From Chlamydiae bacterium CG10_big_fil_rev_8_21_14_0_10_35_9 (lineage in GTDB: Bacteria; Chlamydiota; Chlamydiia; Chlamydiales; SM23-39), in contig PFAC01000054.1 in the NCBI GenBank assembly GCA_002773835.1, positions 1 to 63,667 on the forward strand: a stretch of 63,667 bases of DNA, written 5' to 3'. Both the position numbers and the translations under genes were made by a program. Shown here in pieces: positions 29,406 through 40,691 of the stretch. Position 1 is the first letter of the stretch, and each line of letters starts with the position of its first letter. The notes beneath the pieces are model-generated. The model made no database searches. It saw only the letters and a list, made by a program, of their open reading frames with translations, and had not been told where the DNA came from.

Positions 29406-30166
29406 GCATAGAGAAATTAATTACTCCTTATTTTTGGAATACTTTTTCTAAAAAAATGAAGCAGAAAGTAGAAAATCCAAAATTTGCTGGTTTTTTTCTT
29501 GCAAAAGAAGCGGAAAGAACTGGCATGCGTTTGGCTACAGGCACAGATGGATCCCTTCAAGAAGGTAATATGGTAACTTTATATTGGCTTGTAGATGAAG
29601 CAGATGGGGTTATTGCCGACTGTAAATTTCAAGTATATGGTCCAACGTATCTTATTATTGCAGCTGAAACTATTTGTGAGATGGTTATCCGAAAAAATTA
29701 TGACCAAGCATCTCGCATTTCTGCTGACTTAGTAGACAGGCAAGTGAGAGATAATAGCAAACGACCTGCTTTTACAGAAGAGGGGGCTTATTATTTGAAT
29801 ATGGTAATGAGTGCTGTAGATTTTGCCTGTCATCAATGTCATGGTATTCCTTTTAAAAGAGACTATGCGGATACGCCTATTGACTTTTTAGAAGAAAATC
29901 AACAAACGATTCCTGATTTTGAAAATCTTGCTAAAGAAGTTAAGTTGCAAATCATAGAAGAAATAATCTCTAAGGAAATTAGGCCATATATTGAGATGGA
30001 TGCTGGGGGGGTTACTATTCATGACTTAAAAGGATCAGAACTTCATATTTCTTATGAAGGGGCTTGCACGAGCTGCCACGCGGCTACAGGGTCAACTCTT
30101 TCTGCTATTCAAAATATTTTAAAAACAAGAGTGCACCCTTCTATTACGGTCATCCCTACAATTTAG
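29402..30166 (+). CDS. nifU: NifU-like protein (degenerate IscU-like N-domain, Nfu-type C-domain)
   Basis: The C-terminal 'ISYEGACTSCHAATGSTLSAIQNIL' CxxC Nfu motif is intact. The N-domain aligns with IscU but has non-Cys residues at the canonical positions. 4-nt overlap with the nifS-like gene. Confidence 0.7.
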   Translation: MSIEKLITPYFWNTFSKKMKQKVENPKFAGFFLAKEAERTGMRLATGTDGSLQEGNMVTLYWLVDEADGVIADCKFQVYGPTYLIIAAETICEMVIRKNYDQASRISADLVDRQVRDNSKRPAFTEEGAYYLNMVMSAVDFACHQCHGIPFKRDYADTPIDFLEENQQTIPDFENLAKEVKLQIIEEIISKEIRPYIEMDAGGVTIHDLKGSELHISYEGACTSCHAATGSTLSAIQNILKTRVHPSITVIPTI

Positions 30167-30279
30167 TGCTCTTTTGAGGAATCATCCTGGAAATAAGCTC
30201 TCCAAGAGTAAGGCTTTTTACAAGATTCTTCATAGGGTGAAAAATTAATTATGCAACCAAGCTTCAGGCTAAATGCCTT

Positions 30280-30645
30280 TTACTTTAGAGTTAGTTCTAA
30301 GCAAAATCTTACATTGTTAAAAATACCTAGCTCTGCAGGAGAGAGGTCATCAGATGAATTAGAGGAGTTGGAAAATTCACTACCTGGAGTAGCGTCATCT
30401 AAATCAGCTGATGGAGTAGAGTAAGGCGAATAAAGCCATTTACTCCAAGCATCGTGCTGCCAATCAGGGGGGTGACTGCTATTAATTCTCTTATTTAAAT
30501 GATTCCAAGTACGAACTATCTTTTGTGCGCTAAGGTCTATTTTAAGCTGCGAAATCTTGCGTTGTGTTGTTTCAGCAGCTTCTATCTCTAAATCAGAAGA
30601 GTGATTGGTTGTAGTTAAACTTCTACTGCTTACTGGTGAAGTCAT
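30280..30645 (-). CDS. Hypothetical protein (Ser/Thr-rich ends)
   Basis: ORF only; no recognisable domain. Confidence 0.35.
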   Translation of the reverse strand: MTSPVSSRSLTTTNHSSDLEIEAAETTQRKISQLKIDLSAQKIVRTWNHLNKRINSSHPPDWQHDAWSKWLYSPYSTPSADLDDATPGSEFSNSSNSSDDLSPAELGIFNNVRFCLELTLK

Positions 30646-30725
30646 ATTGTTTTATAGCTTAAAAGGGCTTGTAGAGTACTTTTTTTCTTTAAATGTTAGC
30701 AACAAATTTAAGTAAATTTTTTATT

Positions 30726-31466
30726 TTAATCGACAACTTTTAGCGATACTTCAGCAGATGAAAGAGTAACAATTTCACCGCTAGGAAGACATACGTTGAG
30801 CTGACCTTCATTAGAAAGAGAATGACAAACTCCTTCCCATTCCTGCCCATCATTTTTACAGATAATAGTTCTGCCAATATAGGCCATTAAATTTTCATAC
30901 TGGCTTAAAAAAGGAACAAACCCTCTTTCTTTAAAAACTTCCAAGTCTTTTAAAAACTGGTTCTGCAGTTTTTTCAATAAATCATCTCTTGTAAAAAACC
31001 TGTCAGTTTCCAAGTTTAAAGAAGTAGCCGGTTTGTCAATCGAATCCAAAGTCTGTTTATCCAGATCTACATTAATACCAACCCCAATAAAACAATCATA
31101 TACATTATTTTTAGAAGACATTTCACAGAGGACGCCTGCTAATTTTTTACCATTAAGTAAAACATCATTAGGCCATCTTATTTTGGGTAAAAGATCTTCG
31201 TCTATTAAAACCTCAGCAATTGATAGGGTCATAAGCTGAGCTAAAGATCCTATATGCATGCTATCAGTAGGTAGCGTAAAATAAAAGGTAGCATAGATGT
31301 TTTCTCCTCCAGGAGATACCCATGTTCTTTGAAACCTGCCCCTTCCAGCTGTTTGCTGTTTAGCTGAAATAACGGTAAGTTCACTGCTATCAAACTCATT
31401 TACATGAGCTTTAGCCCAATTATTAGTAGAATCTATAGAATCTAGTTGGATATTTTTGATTTTCAT
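30726..31466 (-). CDS. birA: Biotin--[acetyl-CoA-carboxylase] ligase
   Basis: 'QQTAGRGRFQRTW', 'KWPNDV'-like 'IRWPNDVLLNGKKLAGVL' and 'IGVGINV'. No N-terminal HTH. Confidence 0.85.
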   Translation of the reverse strand: MKIKNIQLDSIDSTNNWAKAHVNEFDSSELTVISAKQQTAGRGRFQRTWVSPGGENIYATFYFTLPTDSMHIGSLAQLMTLSIAEVLIDEDLLPKIRWPNDVLLNGKKLAGVLCEMSSKNNVYDCFIGVGINVDLDKQTLDSIDKPATSLNLETDRFFTRDDLLKKLQNQFLKDLEVFKERGFVPFLSQYENLMAYIGRTIICKNDGQEWEGVCHSLSNEGQLNVCLPSGEIVTLSSAEVSLKVVD

Positions 31467-31552
31467 ATTAATTTGACTTTTAACGTTATGGTGATTGATT
31501 CCAGTAATTTTTTCAATTATTCTTATACAAAATCTACTGAGCTTTTAATACG

Positions 31553-32671
31553 ATGTTCGATCATAAGTTTATTACAAGAATAGATTTCAAAATTTTACCT
31601 ATTCTATTCATTTTGATGATTATTAGTTTACTAGTTATCTCCTCTATGACGAATGATTGCTCACAAACATTTTTAACAGAGTATGTTAGAAGTCAAATAA
31701 GGTGGTTTGCCATAGGCTGGGTCGTTTTTTTTCTGTGTGCATTATTAGACTATCAGAAAATAAGAGAGTGGACTTGGGTTTTCTACGCAATTATGATTCT
31801 ACTGCTTGTAGGTCTATATTTTGTTCCAGCAGTACAAAATGTGCATCGCTGGTATAGAGTTCCCGGATTTGGAAGCTTGCAGCCTTCAGAATATGCCAAG
31901 TTGGTAGTAGTAGTAACATTAGGATGGTTTTTGGAACGCAATGCCAGCAGAGTGCATAAGCTTTCCGTTGCCATGCAAATTCTAGTTATAGTTGGCATCC
32001 CTTTTATTCTTATTTTAAAACAGCCTGATCTTGGAACTGCTCTAGTGCTTTACCCTATCATGCTAGTTATGTGCTATTTGGGGGGTGTCCACAAAAAGTT
32101 CGTTTATGGTCTGACCTTACTGGGTATTTCAGGTTTTTTATTTATCGGCATGCTTCATTTAGATCTTCTTTCACATGAAAACATGAAGCCTTTTTTTACT
32201 AAGTTTCTTAAAGAATACCAATATGAAAGATTAAATCCTCATACCTATCATCAAAAAGCTTCCAAAACAGCTATTGCAATAGGGGGCATGGCTGGAAGCG
32301 GCTGGAATAAGTCTGAGTTCTCTTCTAAAAAATGGCTGCCAGCAGCTCATACTGACTCAGTATTTTCTGCTTATGCAGAAGAATATGGCTTTATTGGAGT
32401 TGCTATTTTATCATTTTTGTTTTTCTTGATGATTTATTTATCTTTTCAAGTTGCGTCACAAGCTAAAGAACTTTACGGCACCTTGTTATCGTCAGGACTT
32501 GCTGTTTACCTTTCCATGCATATTTTAGTGAATATAGCTATGATGACAGGCTTTTTGCCTATATCGGGCGTTCCCTTAGTATTAATTACCTATGGGGGTA
32601 ATTCTATCTTGACAACAATGGCTGCACTGGGGATTTTACAAAGTATCTACAGTAGAAGGTTTATGTTCTGA
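31553..32671 (+). CDS. rodA: SEDS-family peptidoglycan polymerase (RodA/FtsW)
   Basis: 10-TM profile with 'LQPSEYAKL', 'KQPDLGTAL', 'HTDSVFSAYAEEYGFIG' and 'PISGVPLVLITYGGNS'. Confidence 0.9.
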   Translation: MFDHKFITRIDFKILPILFILMIISLLVISSMTNDCSQTFLTEYVRSQIRWFAIGWVVFFLCALLDYQKIREWTWVFYAIMILLLVGLYFVPAVQNVHRWYRVPGFGSLQPSEYAKLVVVVTLGWFLERNASRVHKLSVAMQILVIVGIPFILILKQPDLGTALVLYPIMLVMCYLGGVHKKFVYGLTLLGISGFLFIGMLHLDLLSHENMKPFFTKFLKEYQYERLNPHTYHQKASKTAIAIGGMAGSGWNKSEFSSKKWLPAAHTDSVFSAYAEEYGFIGVAILSFLFFLMIYLSFQVASQAKELYGTLLSSGLAVYLSMHILVNIAMMTGFLPISGVPLVLITYGGNSILTTMAALGILQSIYSRRFMF

Positions 32672-33123
32672 TGAGTAGCTCACATCTTTTTATATTAAAG
32701 CCAGGCATATGGACTGGAGAAGGTAAAATTACATTAAATATGGTAGCAGAAGAGCTGCCTTTTAAAATGTTATGGACCATTTCAGAAAGAGATAAATCTG
32801 GAAAAATTAAATGCACACAAGAAGTGCAAATTCAAGGTTTGTCAGAAGGAATGAAAAATGAAATGACATTTTACGATTTTTCCCCAAAGGTTTTTTCCAT
32901 TGAAATGGAAAATGCCAATGTAGGTAGGATTATTGGAACGGGACTATATGACCAACAGCTGTTAGCCTGGGAGTTTCGTGAAAATGATCTTAATTTTGAA
33001 GGATATGAAACATACAAGCTAGAAAATGATAATAGCTATGTTATGCATGGAGAGTACATTACAACTGATCAACTGCGTACTCAAATTGATGGGAAAATCA
33101 TGCTAGAAAAAGGGGAAAAATGA
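32671..33123 (+). CDS. Hypothetical protein co-transcribed with rodA
   Basis: ORF with a TGATG junction to rodA and an ATGA junction to the next gene. No recognised domain. Confidence 0.5.
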   Translation: MSSSHLFILKPGIWTGEGKITLNMVAEELPFKMLWTISERDKSGKIKCTQEVQIQGLSEGMKNEMTFYDFSPKVFSIEMENANVGRIIGTGLYDQQLLAWEFRENDLNFEGYETYKLENDNSYVMHGEYITTDQLRTQIDGKIMLEKGEK

Positions 33124-33479
33124 AAAAGCTTTGTCTGTTGTTTACTTCTTTACTTTTGTTTTCTTGTGGTCACAAAGTTATGACAATGCAAGCTTTTTAT
33201 GACATACCGACAGGGACAACCGTACAGGAACTGAAACAGGCAGCAGGTAGGCCATACGCTATTCATAAGAAAGATGAAGTGGAAGAATATGAATATGTAG
33301 AGAGGTTCCAAAATGGCAATCGAACCATTTTAGAAAGACACTATTTTTTTATAGTAAAAGACAATCAGGTAATACAGAAGAGGGTTGAACAAATCAACCC
33401 TCCGCCTTATAGCATAAATAGCTATGATTTACAGACAACTTACTCTGAGGAGGATGAACCTACTCGAGAGCAAGATTAA
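33120..33479 (+). CDS. Small lipoprotein, BamE/SmpA-OmlA-like
   Basis: Lipobox 'LLLFSCG'. '[20 protein letters not shown]' resembles the BamE fold signature. Weak call. Confidence 0.45.
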   Translation: MKKLCLLFTSLLLFSCGHKVMTMQAFYDIPTGTTVQELKQAAGRPYAIHKKDEVEEYEYVERFQNGNRTILERHYFFIVKDNQVIQKRVEQINPPPYSINSYDLQTTYSEEDEPTREQD

Positions 33480-33802
33480 GCCTTAATTTTGATATCCACA
33501 CCAGCTGCAACTGGAAGAACTTTCAACTTATCGATAGTATCTAAAGTTGGTCCTACGATATCAAGAACTCGCTTATAAGTTCTCATTTCAAACTGCTCCC
33601 TAGACTTACGGTTCACGTGTGGAGACCTAAGAACTGTATATATTTCCTTTTTAGTAGGAAGGGGAATAGGTCCAGCTACGCGAGCCCCAGTTCGTTTTGC
33701 AGTTTCGACAATATCAGCAGTTGAACGATCAAGCTGCCTTTGATCATACCCTTTTAAGCGGATACGTATCTTTTGTCTTTGTTGCTTTGTTTGCTTTGCC
33801 AT
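33476..33802 (-). CDS. rpsJ: 30S ribosomal protein S10
   Basis: 'IRIRLKGYD...[10 protein letters not shown]...[23 protein letters not shown]'. Confidence 0.97.
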   Translation of the reverse strand: MAKQTKQQRQKIRIRLKGYDQRQLDRSTADIVETAKRTGARVAGPIPLPTKKEIYTVLRSPHVNRKSREQFEMRTYKRVLDIVGPTLDTIDKLKVLPVAAGVDIKIKA

Positions 33803-33810
33803 GATATGCC

Positions 33811-35904
33811 TTACTTTTTAAGAATTTCTTCTTGTTTTGATTTTGGAACTTGTTCGTATTTCTTAAACTCCATTGTATACGTCGCTCTACCAGATGACAA
33901 GGAGCGAAGTTCAGTTGAGTATCCGAACATTTCTGCTAGGGGAACTTCAGATTCAATAACTACAGTACCCTTATTAATCTCTTGTCCTAAGATCCTTCCT
34001 CTTCTGCGGTTTAAATCACCAATAACATCTCCCATGTGATCTTCAGGAGTGGTGACGACAACACGCATAATCGGCTCTAATATTACAGGTTTTGCTTTAT
34101 TTGCAGCTTCTTTAATAGACATAGATCCGCAAATCTTAAATGCCATTTCATTTGAGTCTACTTCATGATAAGAACCAAATACAATAGCTACTTTAACGTC
34201 AACTAAAGGATAACCTGCAATAGCACCAGAGCTTAAGCCTTCTTCGACCCCTTTGATAACTGCTGGTATATATTCTCTTGGGATAACTCCGCCCACAATT
34301 TTACTGACAACTTCATTGCCCTTTCCTACTTCATTAGGCTCAATATCCAAGCATACGTGAGCATATTGTCCACGTCCACCTGACTGCTTAACAAATTTAG
34401 TTTCAGATTTTGAAGGAGCTGTAATAGTTTCACGGTAAGATACTTGCGGCTGTCCTACATTGGCATCAACCTTGAATTCTCTTAGCATTCTATCTCTTAA
34501 AATATCTAAGTGAAGCTCTCCCATTCCAGAGATAAGAGTCTGTCCAGTCTCCTCGTCACTTTTTACTCTAAAAGTAGGATCTTCGTCAGCTAGGGCAGAT
34601 AATGCTGTGGAAAGCTTTTCGCGGTCAGCTTTTGATTTAGGTTCAATAGCCATAGAAATAACAGGCTCAGGGAATTCCATTTTCTCTAGGATAAGTGGGT
34701 TGTTTTCTGAACAGATAGTATCACCTGTAGAGGTGTGCTTTAGTCCAATAATTCCCACAATGTCACCAGTAAAAAAAGCTTTCTTTTCATTTCTGGTATT
34801 AGAGTGCATTTCTAATAGCCTTGAAGCTCTTTCTTTTTTGTCTTTTGTAGTATTTATTAAAGTAGTTCCTTGTGTAAGAACACCGCTATAAATACGAACG
34901 AAAGTAAGTTTTCCGACGTAAGGGTCTGTCATAACTTTAAATGCTAATGCCGCAAGAGGACTTTCATCGCTTGGGTCAATTTTCATTTCTTCGTCATTAG
35001 ACAGATTAATTCCTTTAATAGTTCCTCTATCAAGAGGGGATGGCATCCATCGAATAACTGAGTCAAGAATTTGTTGAACCCCTTTGTTTTTGAAGGCAGT
35101 GCCACATAGAACAGGGTTGAACTTACTTTCGCAAACTCCTTTTCGAATAACTGCATGGATTTCATCTTCAGTAAGGGAATCCGGATCTTCTAAAACTTTC
35201 ATCATGAAGTCTTCATCAGATTCGTCAATAGTTGCAAGCTCTTCTAAAAGAGTAGCTCGCATCTCTTGGCATTTTTCTTTTAAGTCTTCAGGGATCTCTT
35301 CAATTTGATATTCGGCGCCCATGGTTTCGTCTTTAAAGAGATAAGCCTTCATAGTGATAAGATCAACCATGCCTTTAAAGCCACTTTCAGCTCCAATAGG
35401 GCATTGTACAGGGATAGCATTAGCGTTAAGCTTTTCTTTCATGGTCTCAACGCAGTTAAAAAAGTCAGCGCCAGTTCTGTCCATTTTATTGACAAAAGCA
35501 ATTCTTGGGACGCCATAAGTGTCTGCTTGTCTCCATACAGTTTCAGATTGAGGTTGAACACCAGCAACAGCACAAAAAACAGCGACAGATCCATCAAGTA
35601 CGCGTAGAGACCTTTCCACCTCTACAGTAAAGTCAACGTGACCCGGGGTGTCGATAATGTTAATTTTGTGATCTTTCCAGTATACAGTAGTAGCAGCTGA
35701 AGTAATTGTAATTCCTCTTTCTCTTTCCTGCTCCATCCAGTCCATTACAGCTGCGCCTTCATGAACCTCACCAATTTTATGGGACTTTCCTGCGTAGAAT
35801 AGAATCCTTTCTGTCGTAGTTGTTTTACCAGCATCGATGTGAGCCATGATGCCGATGTTTCTTACATTGTTAAGCTTATCTGTTTCTGGTCGTTTTTCTG
35901 TCAT
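33811..35904 (-). CDS. fusA: Elongation factor G
   Basis: '[20 protein letters not shown]', 'DTPGHVDF' and 'NKMDR'. 697 aa. Confidence 0.98.
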   Translation of the reverse strand: MTEKRPETDKLNNVRNIGIMAHIDAGKTTTTERILFYAGKSHKIGEVHEGAAVMDWMEQERERGITITSAATTVYWKDHKINIIDTPGHVDFTVEVERSLRVLDGSVAVFCAVAGVQPQSETVWRQADTYGVPRIAFVNKMDRTGADFFNCVETMKEKLNANAIPVQCPIGAESGFKGMVDLITMKAYLFKDETMGAEYQIEEIPEDLKEKCQEMRATLLEELATIDESDEDFMMKVLEDPDSLTEDEIHAVIRKGVCESKFNPVLCGTAFKNKGVQQILDSVIRWMPSPLDRGTIKGINLSNDEEMKIDPSDESPLAALAFKVMTDPYVGKLTFVRIYSGVLTQGTTLINTTKDKKERASRLLEMHSNTRNEKKAFFTGDIVGIIGLKHTSTGDTICSENNPLILEKMEFPEPVISMAIEPKSKADREKLSTALSALADEDPTFRVKSDEETGQTLISGMGELHLDILRDRMLREFKVDANVGQPQVSYRETITAPSKSETKFVKQSGGRGQYAHVCLDIEPNEVGKGNEVVSKIVGGVIPREYIPAVIKGVEEGLSSGAIAGYPLVDVKVAIVFGSYHEVDSNEMAFKICGSMSIKEAANKAKPVILEPIMRVVVTTPEDHMGDVIGDLNRRRGRILGQEINKGTVVIESEVPLAEMFGYSTELRSLSSGRATYTMEFKKYEQVPKSKQEEILKK

Positions 35905-35916
35905 CTTATCCTCGTC

Positions 35917-36390
35917 TTACCATTTGTAGTGAGCAAAAGCTTTGTTAGCCTCAGCCATACGGTGAGTATCATCTTTTTTCTTAATTGTGCTGCCTTGGTT
36001 GTTGAAGCAGTCAGAAAGCTCATCGGCTAATCCTTGTGTCATGGATCTACCTGGCTTGGATCTTGCATTGTTAATAATCCATCTCATAGCTAAAGCAGTT
36101 CTTCTGTCTGGAGCAATTTCTACAGGTACTTGATAAGTAGCTCCACCAATTCTTCTAGATTTTACCTCTAGAGATGGCTTTGCGTTTTCTAAGGCTTGCT
36201 CGAAAGATTCCAGTTCATTTTCAGCTTTGATTTTTTCAGCAAATTTTTTGAGAGCACCATATACTATTTTACGAGCAACTGCTTTCTTGCCGCCCAACAT
36301 AATTTTATTAATAAGCTTGGAAAGTACTACATTGCCATAAACAGGATCAGGTAATACTGTTCGTTTTTCAGCACGACGTCTTCTTGACAT
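35917..36390 (-). CDS. rpsG: 30S ribosomal protein S7
   Basis: '[10 protein letters not shown]...DPVYG' and a C-terminal 'AFAHYKW'. Confidence 0.97.
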   Translation of the reverse strand: MSRRRRAEKRTVLPDPVYGNVVLSKLINKIMLGGKKAVARKIVYGALKKFAEKIKAENELESFEQALENAKPSLEVKSRRIGGATYQVPVEIAPDRRTALAMRWIINNARSKPGRSMTQGLADELSDCFNNQGSTIKKKDDTHRMAEANKAFAHYKW

Positions 36391-36473
36391 AAATATAATT
36401 CCTTTTTAAAAATTTCTTCACCCGACCTTTGTTGGTCCTTTAAAGAGAGCTTTTATTCAGAAAAAGCTCTAGG

Positions 36474-36845
36474 TTACTTAGGCCTTTTGGCCCCGTATTT
36501 TGATCGACTTTGTTTGCGGTCTTTAACAGCTGCGGTATCTAATGCTCCGCGAACTATATGGTATCTAACACCAGGAAGGTCTTTTACTTTTCCACCGCGA
36601 ACTAAAACGATACTATGTTCCTGAAGGTTGTGTCCTTCTCCAGGGATATAAGCAATAACTTCTCGACCATTAGACAAGCGAACCCAAGCTACTTTTCTTA
36701 AAGCAGAGTTTGGCTTTTTAGGTGTTTTTGTTTTAACTTGAAGGCAGACGCCACGTCTGTGTGGACACTTTTGTAGAGCAGGTGACTTCTTTCTTCTCAC
36801 TTTGTCTCGTCTTTTTTTGCGAATCAGTTGGTTAATCGTTGGCAT
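36474..36845 (-). CDS. rpsL: 30S ribosomal protein S12
   Basis: '[10 protein letters not shown]...[12 protein letters not shown]...[15 protein letters not shown]'. Confidence 0.98.
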   Translation of the reverse strand: MPTINQLIRKKRRDKVRRKKSPALQKCPHRRGVCLQVKTKTPKKPNSALRKVAWVRLSNGREVIAYIPGEGHNLQEHSIVLVRGGKVKDLPGVRYHIVRGALDTAAVKDRKQSRSKYGAKRPK

Positions 36846-37093
36846 AGAACGCTTTTCTCCTAAAAAATATCATATCTACAGAGAAAGACTATATCTTATA
36901 TAGGATTATTTGCAAAAACATTTCTTCTTTTCTTTTTGGTTTAAATTTTTTTTATTGTTCAAGTCTTTAATTCAAAGATAGTAACCAGTTTTATTAAATT
37001 AAAGTTAATTAATTATGTTGCGTAAAGGTTAATTTTAATTTTATAATTACAAATGGAGGTTAGAGGGGTAAGACGAAGCTTACGACGCTAAGT

Positions 37094-39133
37094 TTGGTGT
37101 TTTTCTTTGGTTCTTCACTCCTTCTTTCCTCCCACTTTTTTATAAGGGGGGTAAGGGTGAACAAGTTTTTTCGTAACATGTTAGCTTGTCTACTTTTAAC
37201 CTTTTCAGTTTTTTCTGCTCAGAATCTGATTGATCCTCAAGAAGTTCCTCATATTATGAACAAGTTCTTCAGTTATCACATCGACAAAAAGCAAATGACT
37301 CCGCAGATCATAAGAAGAACAATAAAAATTTATTTGGAACAGTTTGATCCTGAAAAAATTTATTTTACGCAAAGCGAAATAGATTCTGTCTTAAATATCT
37401 CAGACTCTGAAGTAAACCATATAATTGCGCAGTACTATAAAGGAAATTTTGAATACTTCGAAGAAGTTAGCTTTTTAATTCAAAAAGGGATTTTAAGAGC
37501 TCAGCGATTTAGAAAGTCTTTAAAAAATGAACTGATCAATCGACCTATTCAAGAGATGGATATCGAGTTTCAAAGTGGTTATGCCTCTAACGAAAAGGAG
37601 TTGTTTGAAAAACAAAAATATCGCATCAATCGCTTTTTCTTGTTCCATGATAAGAGGTCAGACCTCAATACAAAGAAAAGAAGAAAGAAAGCATTTAATC
37701 TTTTTGAAAAGAAGGCGAGGCAAGGGGAATTCGTCTATCTTTTTTTAGATTCAAATGGCAACCCTATGACAAATGAGCTGGCAAATCATATATTTTCCCA
37801 AAAGCTTTTAAAGGCAATGGCTAAGAGTTTAGATGCCCACACCTCTTTTTTTACAGAAAATGAAGCGTTTGAAATGAGAATGAACTTAGAAAAGCAGTTT
37901 GAAGGAGTGGGCATTGTTTTATCAGAAAGCATAGATGGAGTTTTGGTGGCAGATCTAATTAAAAATGGACCTGCAGCTAAAAGCAACAAAATAGCTATTG
38001 ATGACATGATAGTAAGCATTAATGACATAGATATAAAAAATAAGTCCTTTGAAGAAGTTCTTCAAATGATGAAAGCAAGGGATAGCAGTTTTTTAAAATT
38101 AGGGGTTAAAAAAGCGGGGAACAGTCGAGTAATTCAGGTGAGACTCTCTAAAGAACCGATAGTTATGGAAGATGATCGCCTCACATTTGAGGCAGAGCCT
38201 TTTGGAAATGGGGTGATAGGAAAGCTAAACCTACGTTCTTTTTATGAAAATGGAGAAGGCATTAATAGTGAAAAAGATATTAGAAAAGCTCTTCATGCCC
38301 TTGAAAAGAAAGGTCCTATTTTAGGGTTAGTTTTAGACTTAAGAGAAAACTCAGGGGGTTTTTTGAGTCAGGCAGTTAAAGTGGCTGGTCTTTTCATTTC
38401 AAGTGGTGTGGTAGTGATTTCTAAATATGGCCAAGAAATTCACTATTTAAGAAAAGTGGATGTAAAATCCTACTATAATGGACCTCTTATCATTTTAACA
38501 TCAAAGCTTTCAGCCTCAGCGGCAGAGATTGTAGCCCAGGCATTGCAAGACTATGGTGCTGGAATCGTTGTAGGAGATGAAAGAACTTTTGGAAAAGGGT
38601 CTATTCAGTACCAAACAGTAACAGATGAAAATGCTGATTTATTTTTCAAAGTTACGGTAGGGAAATATTACACAGTTTCAGGAAAATCGACTCAAGTAGA
38701 AGGAGTAAAGGCAGACATAGTAGTTCCAACTGCTCTATCTGTGTATAATATTGGAGAAAAATTTCTTGAGTATCCATTACAGCCAGATAAAGTAAACCCT
38801 GCTTATAGAGATACGCTGCTAGATTTAGATATGAAAACTAGGTCATGGTTTCAACAAAATTATCTGCCCTACTTGCAAAAGCAAATCCTATTTTGGAAAG
38901 GGATGCTTCCTACTTTAAGAGCGAATGCTACTTATAGAATTGATCAAAGCCTCACCTATCAAAAATTTTTAGAATCTATTAAAGTTGTCAATGATCCATT
39001 TTACAAACCTCACGGTATGGATCTTCAAATGGAGCAAGCCGTCAATATTTTAAAAGATATGATTTTCCTCGAGCTAAAAACACAGGTCGATGCTGAAAAA
39101 GCTTTTTCTAAAAAAGATAATTTTCAAAAGTAA
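37094..39133 (+). CDS. tsp: Tail-specific (C-terminal processing) protease, S41 family
   Basis: PDZ region 'GVGIVL...GPAAKS', S41 core 'LDLRENSGGFL' and 'SASAAEIVAQALQDYG'. The start is uncertain: TTG 37094 in the track, GTG 37157 after AAGGGGGG, or ATG 37178. Confidence 0.85.
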   Translation: MVFFFGSSLLLSSHFFIRGVRVNKFFRNMLACLLLTFSVFSAQNLIDPQEVPHIMNKFFSYHIDKKQMTPQIIRRTIKIYLEQFDPEKIYFTQSEIDSVLNISDSEVNHIIAQYYKGNFEYFEEVSFLIQKGILRAQRFRKSLKNELINRPIQEMDIEFQSGYASNEKELFEKQKYRINRFFLFHDKRSDLNTKKRRKKAFNLFEKKARQGEFVYLFLDSNGNPMTNELANHIFSQKLLKAMAKSLDAHTSFFTENEAFEMRMNLEKQFEGVGIVLSESIDGVLVADLIKNGPAAKSNKIAIDDMIVSINDIDIKNKSFEEVLQMMKARDSSFLKLGVKKAGNSRVIQVRLSKEPIVMEDDRLTFEAEPFGNGVIGKLNLRSFYENGEGINSEKDIRKALHALEKKGPILGLVLDLRENSGGFLSQAVKVAGLFISSGVVVISKYGQEIHYLRKVDVKSYYNGPLIILTSKLSASAAEIVAQALQDYGAGIVVGDERTFGKGSIQYQTVTDENADLFFKVTVGKYYTVSGKSTQVEGVKADIVVPTALSVYNIGEKFLEYPLQPDKVNPAYRDTLLDLDMKTRSWFQQNYLPYLQKQILFWKGMLPTLRANATYRIDQSLTYQKFLESIKVVNDPFYKPHGMDLQMEQAVNILKDMIFLELKTQVDAEKAFSKKDNFQK

Positions 39134-39175
39134 TTGCCAAAAATCCCTACAACCTTCTAAGCTGGTGGTCTTTTA

Positions 39176-39446
<271 letters not shown>

Positions 39447-39542
39447 TTTTGATGTCTCTTGTAGGGAAGTAAAAAGATCGGTCATATTCGTGAACGTGAA
39501 TTAAAAAAGAGAAGATTATCTTAACAGCGTTTTTTGAATTAT

Positions 39543-39569
39543 AAGAGGCCATTCATGGATTGGCCTCTT
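39543..39569. terminator. Perfect 9-bp hairpin downstream of the 85-aa gene
   Basis: aagaggcca-(9 nt)-tggcctctt. Flanks are A/T-rich but there is no clean U-tract. Confidence 0.35.
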
Positions 39570-39624
39570 CTGTACAAAAAAAATGGTTAAAAATCATTTA
39601 GAACTTAAATCATAATAAATATGT

Positions 39625-39882
39625 TTAACCAAGTAAACTATGAGCAATAAAAATAGTTAAATTTAAAGCTAGAAAAGTTGCTCCAAATTGGAATCCTATA
39701 ATTATATTTTTAGCTAGTAAGGAAGAGCTTGCCATTGCCTTTGCATGACAATAAATAGTAGCTAAAGAGCCTACAAAAACTGCTTGTGCAACATGTTTGA
39801 TCAAATTAGAAATAATATTGTCTTGTACTCTATATATATCAAACACGGTAGTGTGATTAGTTCTTAATATAGGGCTAGCCAT
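39625..39882 (-). CDS. Small membrane protein (two hydrophobic segments)
   Basis: 85 aa containing 'AQAVFVGSLATIY' and 'IIIGFQFGATFLALNLTIFIA'. Confidence 0.45.
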   Translation of the reverse strand: MASPILRTNHTTVFDIYRVQDNIISNLIKHVAQAVFVGSLATIYCHAKAMASSSLLAKNIIIGFQFGATFLALNLTIFIAHSLLG

Positions 39883-39892
39883 AATTTCTCCT

Positions 39893-40480
39893 TTAAGTTG
39901 TGTGTAAATTTATATCAATAGACTTCTCATATTCTCTAATAGTACGACTAAAATAATCCTTAGCTGTATGAAATTTCAATACATCATCATCAGAATCTCC
40001 ATTCTGTTGTTGCGATGCAATTCTTTGGGTTAAAGCATTAACTTTTCTATCTAATCGACTTAATCTACTGTGTTCAATTTGGTTTCCTATTTTGCCAGTC
40101 TTTAATATAAATTTACCCAAAGCACCTACCGATCCGCTTCCACCGCCTGTTACAGCAAATACAGTTAATGCTGAAGCAGAAGTGGCGAATAACGCAACCC
40201 CAATTATACCACCGATGATAGCTGATGTAGCTCCCCATTTAGTGACATCAGGTTTAGAAGTTTCTCTTCTTACTATTTTATGATCATTAAAAATATGAGT
40301 ACTTTCTGCAATGTCCATATCTTCTAAATAGCTATTAATTTCTTCAATTCCGCTGCATTTATAAGCGTACATTTTATCAGAGGGAATCCTTCCTATATTA
40401 GCATGATCAAAAATATGAAAGTTGGCATCATCATCAGATAATAATCTCATATGTTGTTGGTTAGAAACAATTGCTGTCAT
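39893..40480 (-). CDS. Membrane protein with a central Gly-rich bilobed hydrophobic region
   Basis: 'SAIIGGIIGVALFATSASALTVFAVTGGGSGSVGAL' flanked by hydrophilic N- and coiled C-regions. 10-nt gap to the downstream 85-aa gene. Confidence 0.5.
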   Translation of the reverse strand: MTAIVSNQQHMRLLSDDDANFHIFDHANIGRIPSDKMYAYKCSGIEEINSYLEDMDIAESTHIFNDHKIVRRETSKPDVTKWGATSAIIGGIIGVALFATSASALTVFAVTGGGSGSVGALGKFILKTGKIGNQIEHSRLSRLDRKVNALTQRIASQQQNGDSDDDVLKFHTAKDYFSRTIREYEKSIDINLHTT

Positions 40481-40691
40481 ATATTTCCTATTAAAATTTT
40501 TAAGTGTGTGAATGCTAAAGATTTTAGTTTGAAAATTGCAATTACAGAAATTATTTTAATTTTTTATCAAGTTTCCAAGTTAAAATAGCAATTTATTGTG
40601 ATTTCGAATTGGAGCTCACAGAGAGAGAATTCTTTGAATCTTGAACAAGCTGTCGTGATTTCAACGCGTGTGTATTATGGGGTGCATATGA

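Noticed and set aside
33476-35904. Absence of tuf between fusA and rpsJ, considered as a possible deletion or rearrangement.
   Set aside because: As far as I recall, rpsL-rpsG-fusA-rpsJ without tuf, adjacent to tsp, is the normal arrangement in Chlamydia. It is therefore a lineage marker rather than an anomaly.
36446-36470. Perfect 9-bp hairpin (agagctttt-N7-aaaagctct) between rpsL and rpsG.
   Set aside because: There is no U-tract on the transcribed (minus) strand, and it sits inside a ribosomal operon that must read through. It may be a processing or attenuation element, but I cannot support a call.
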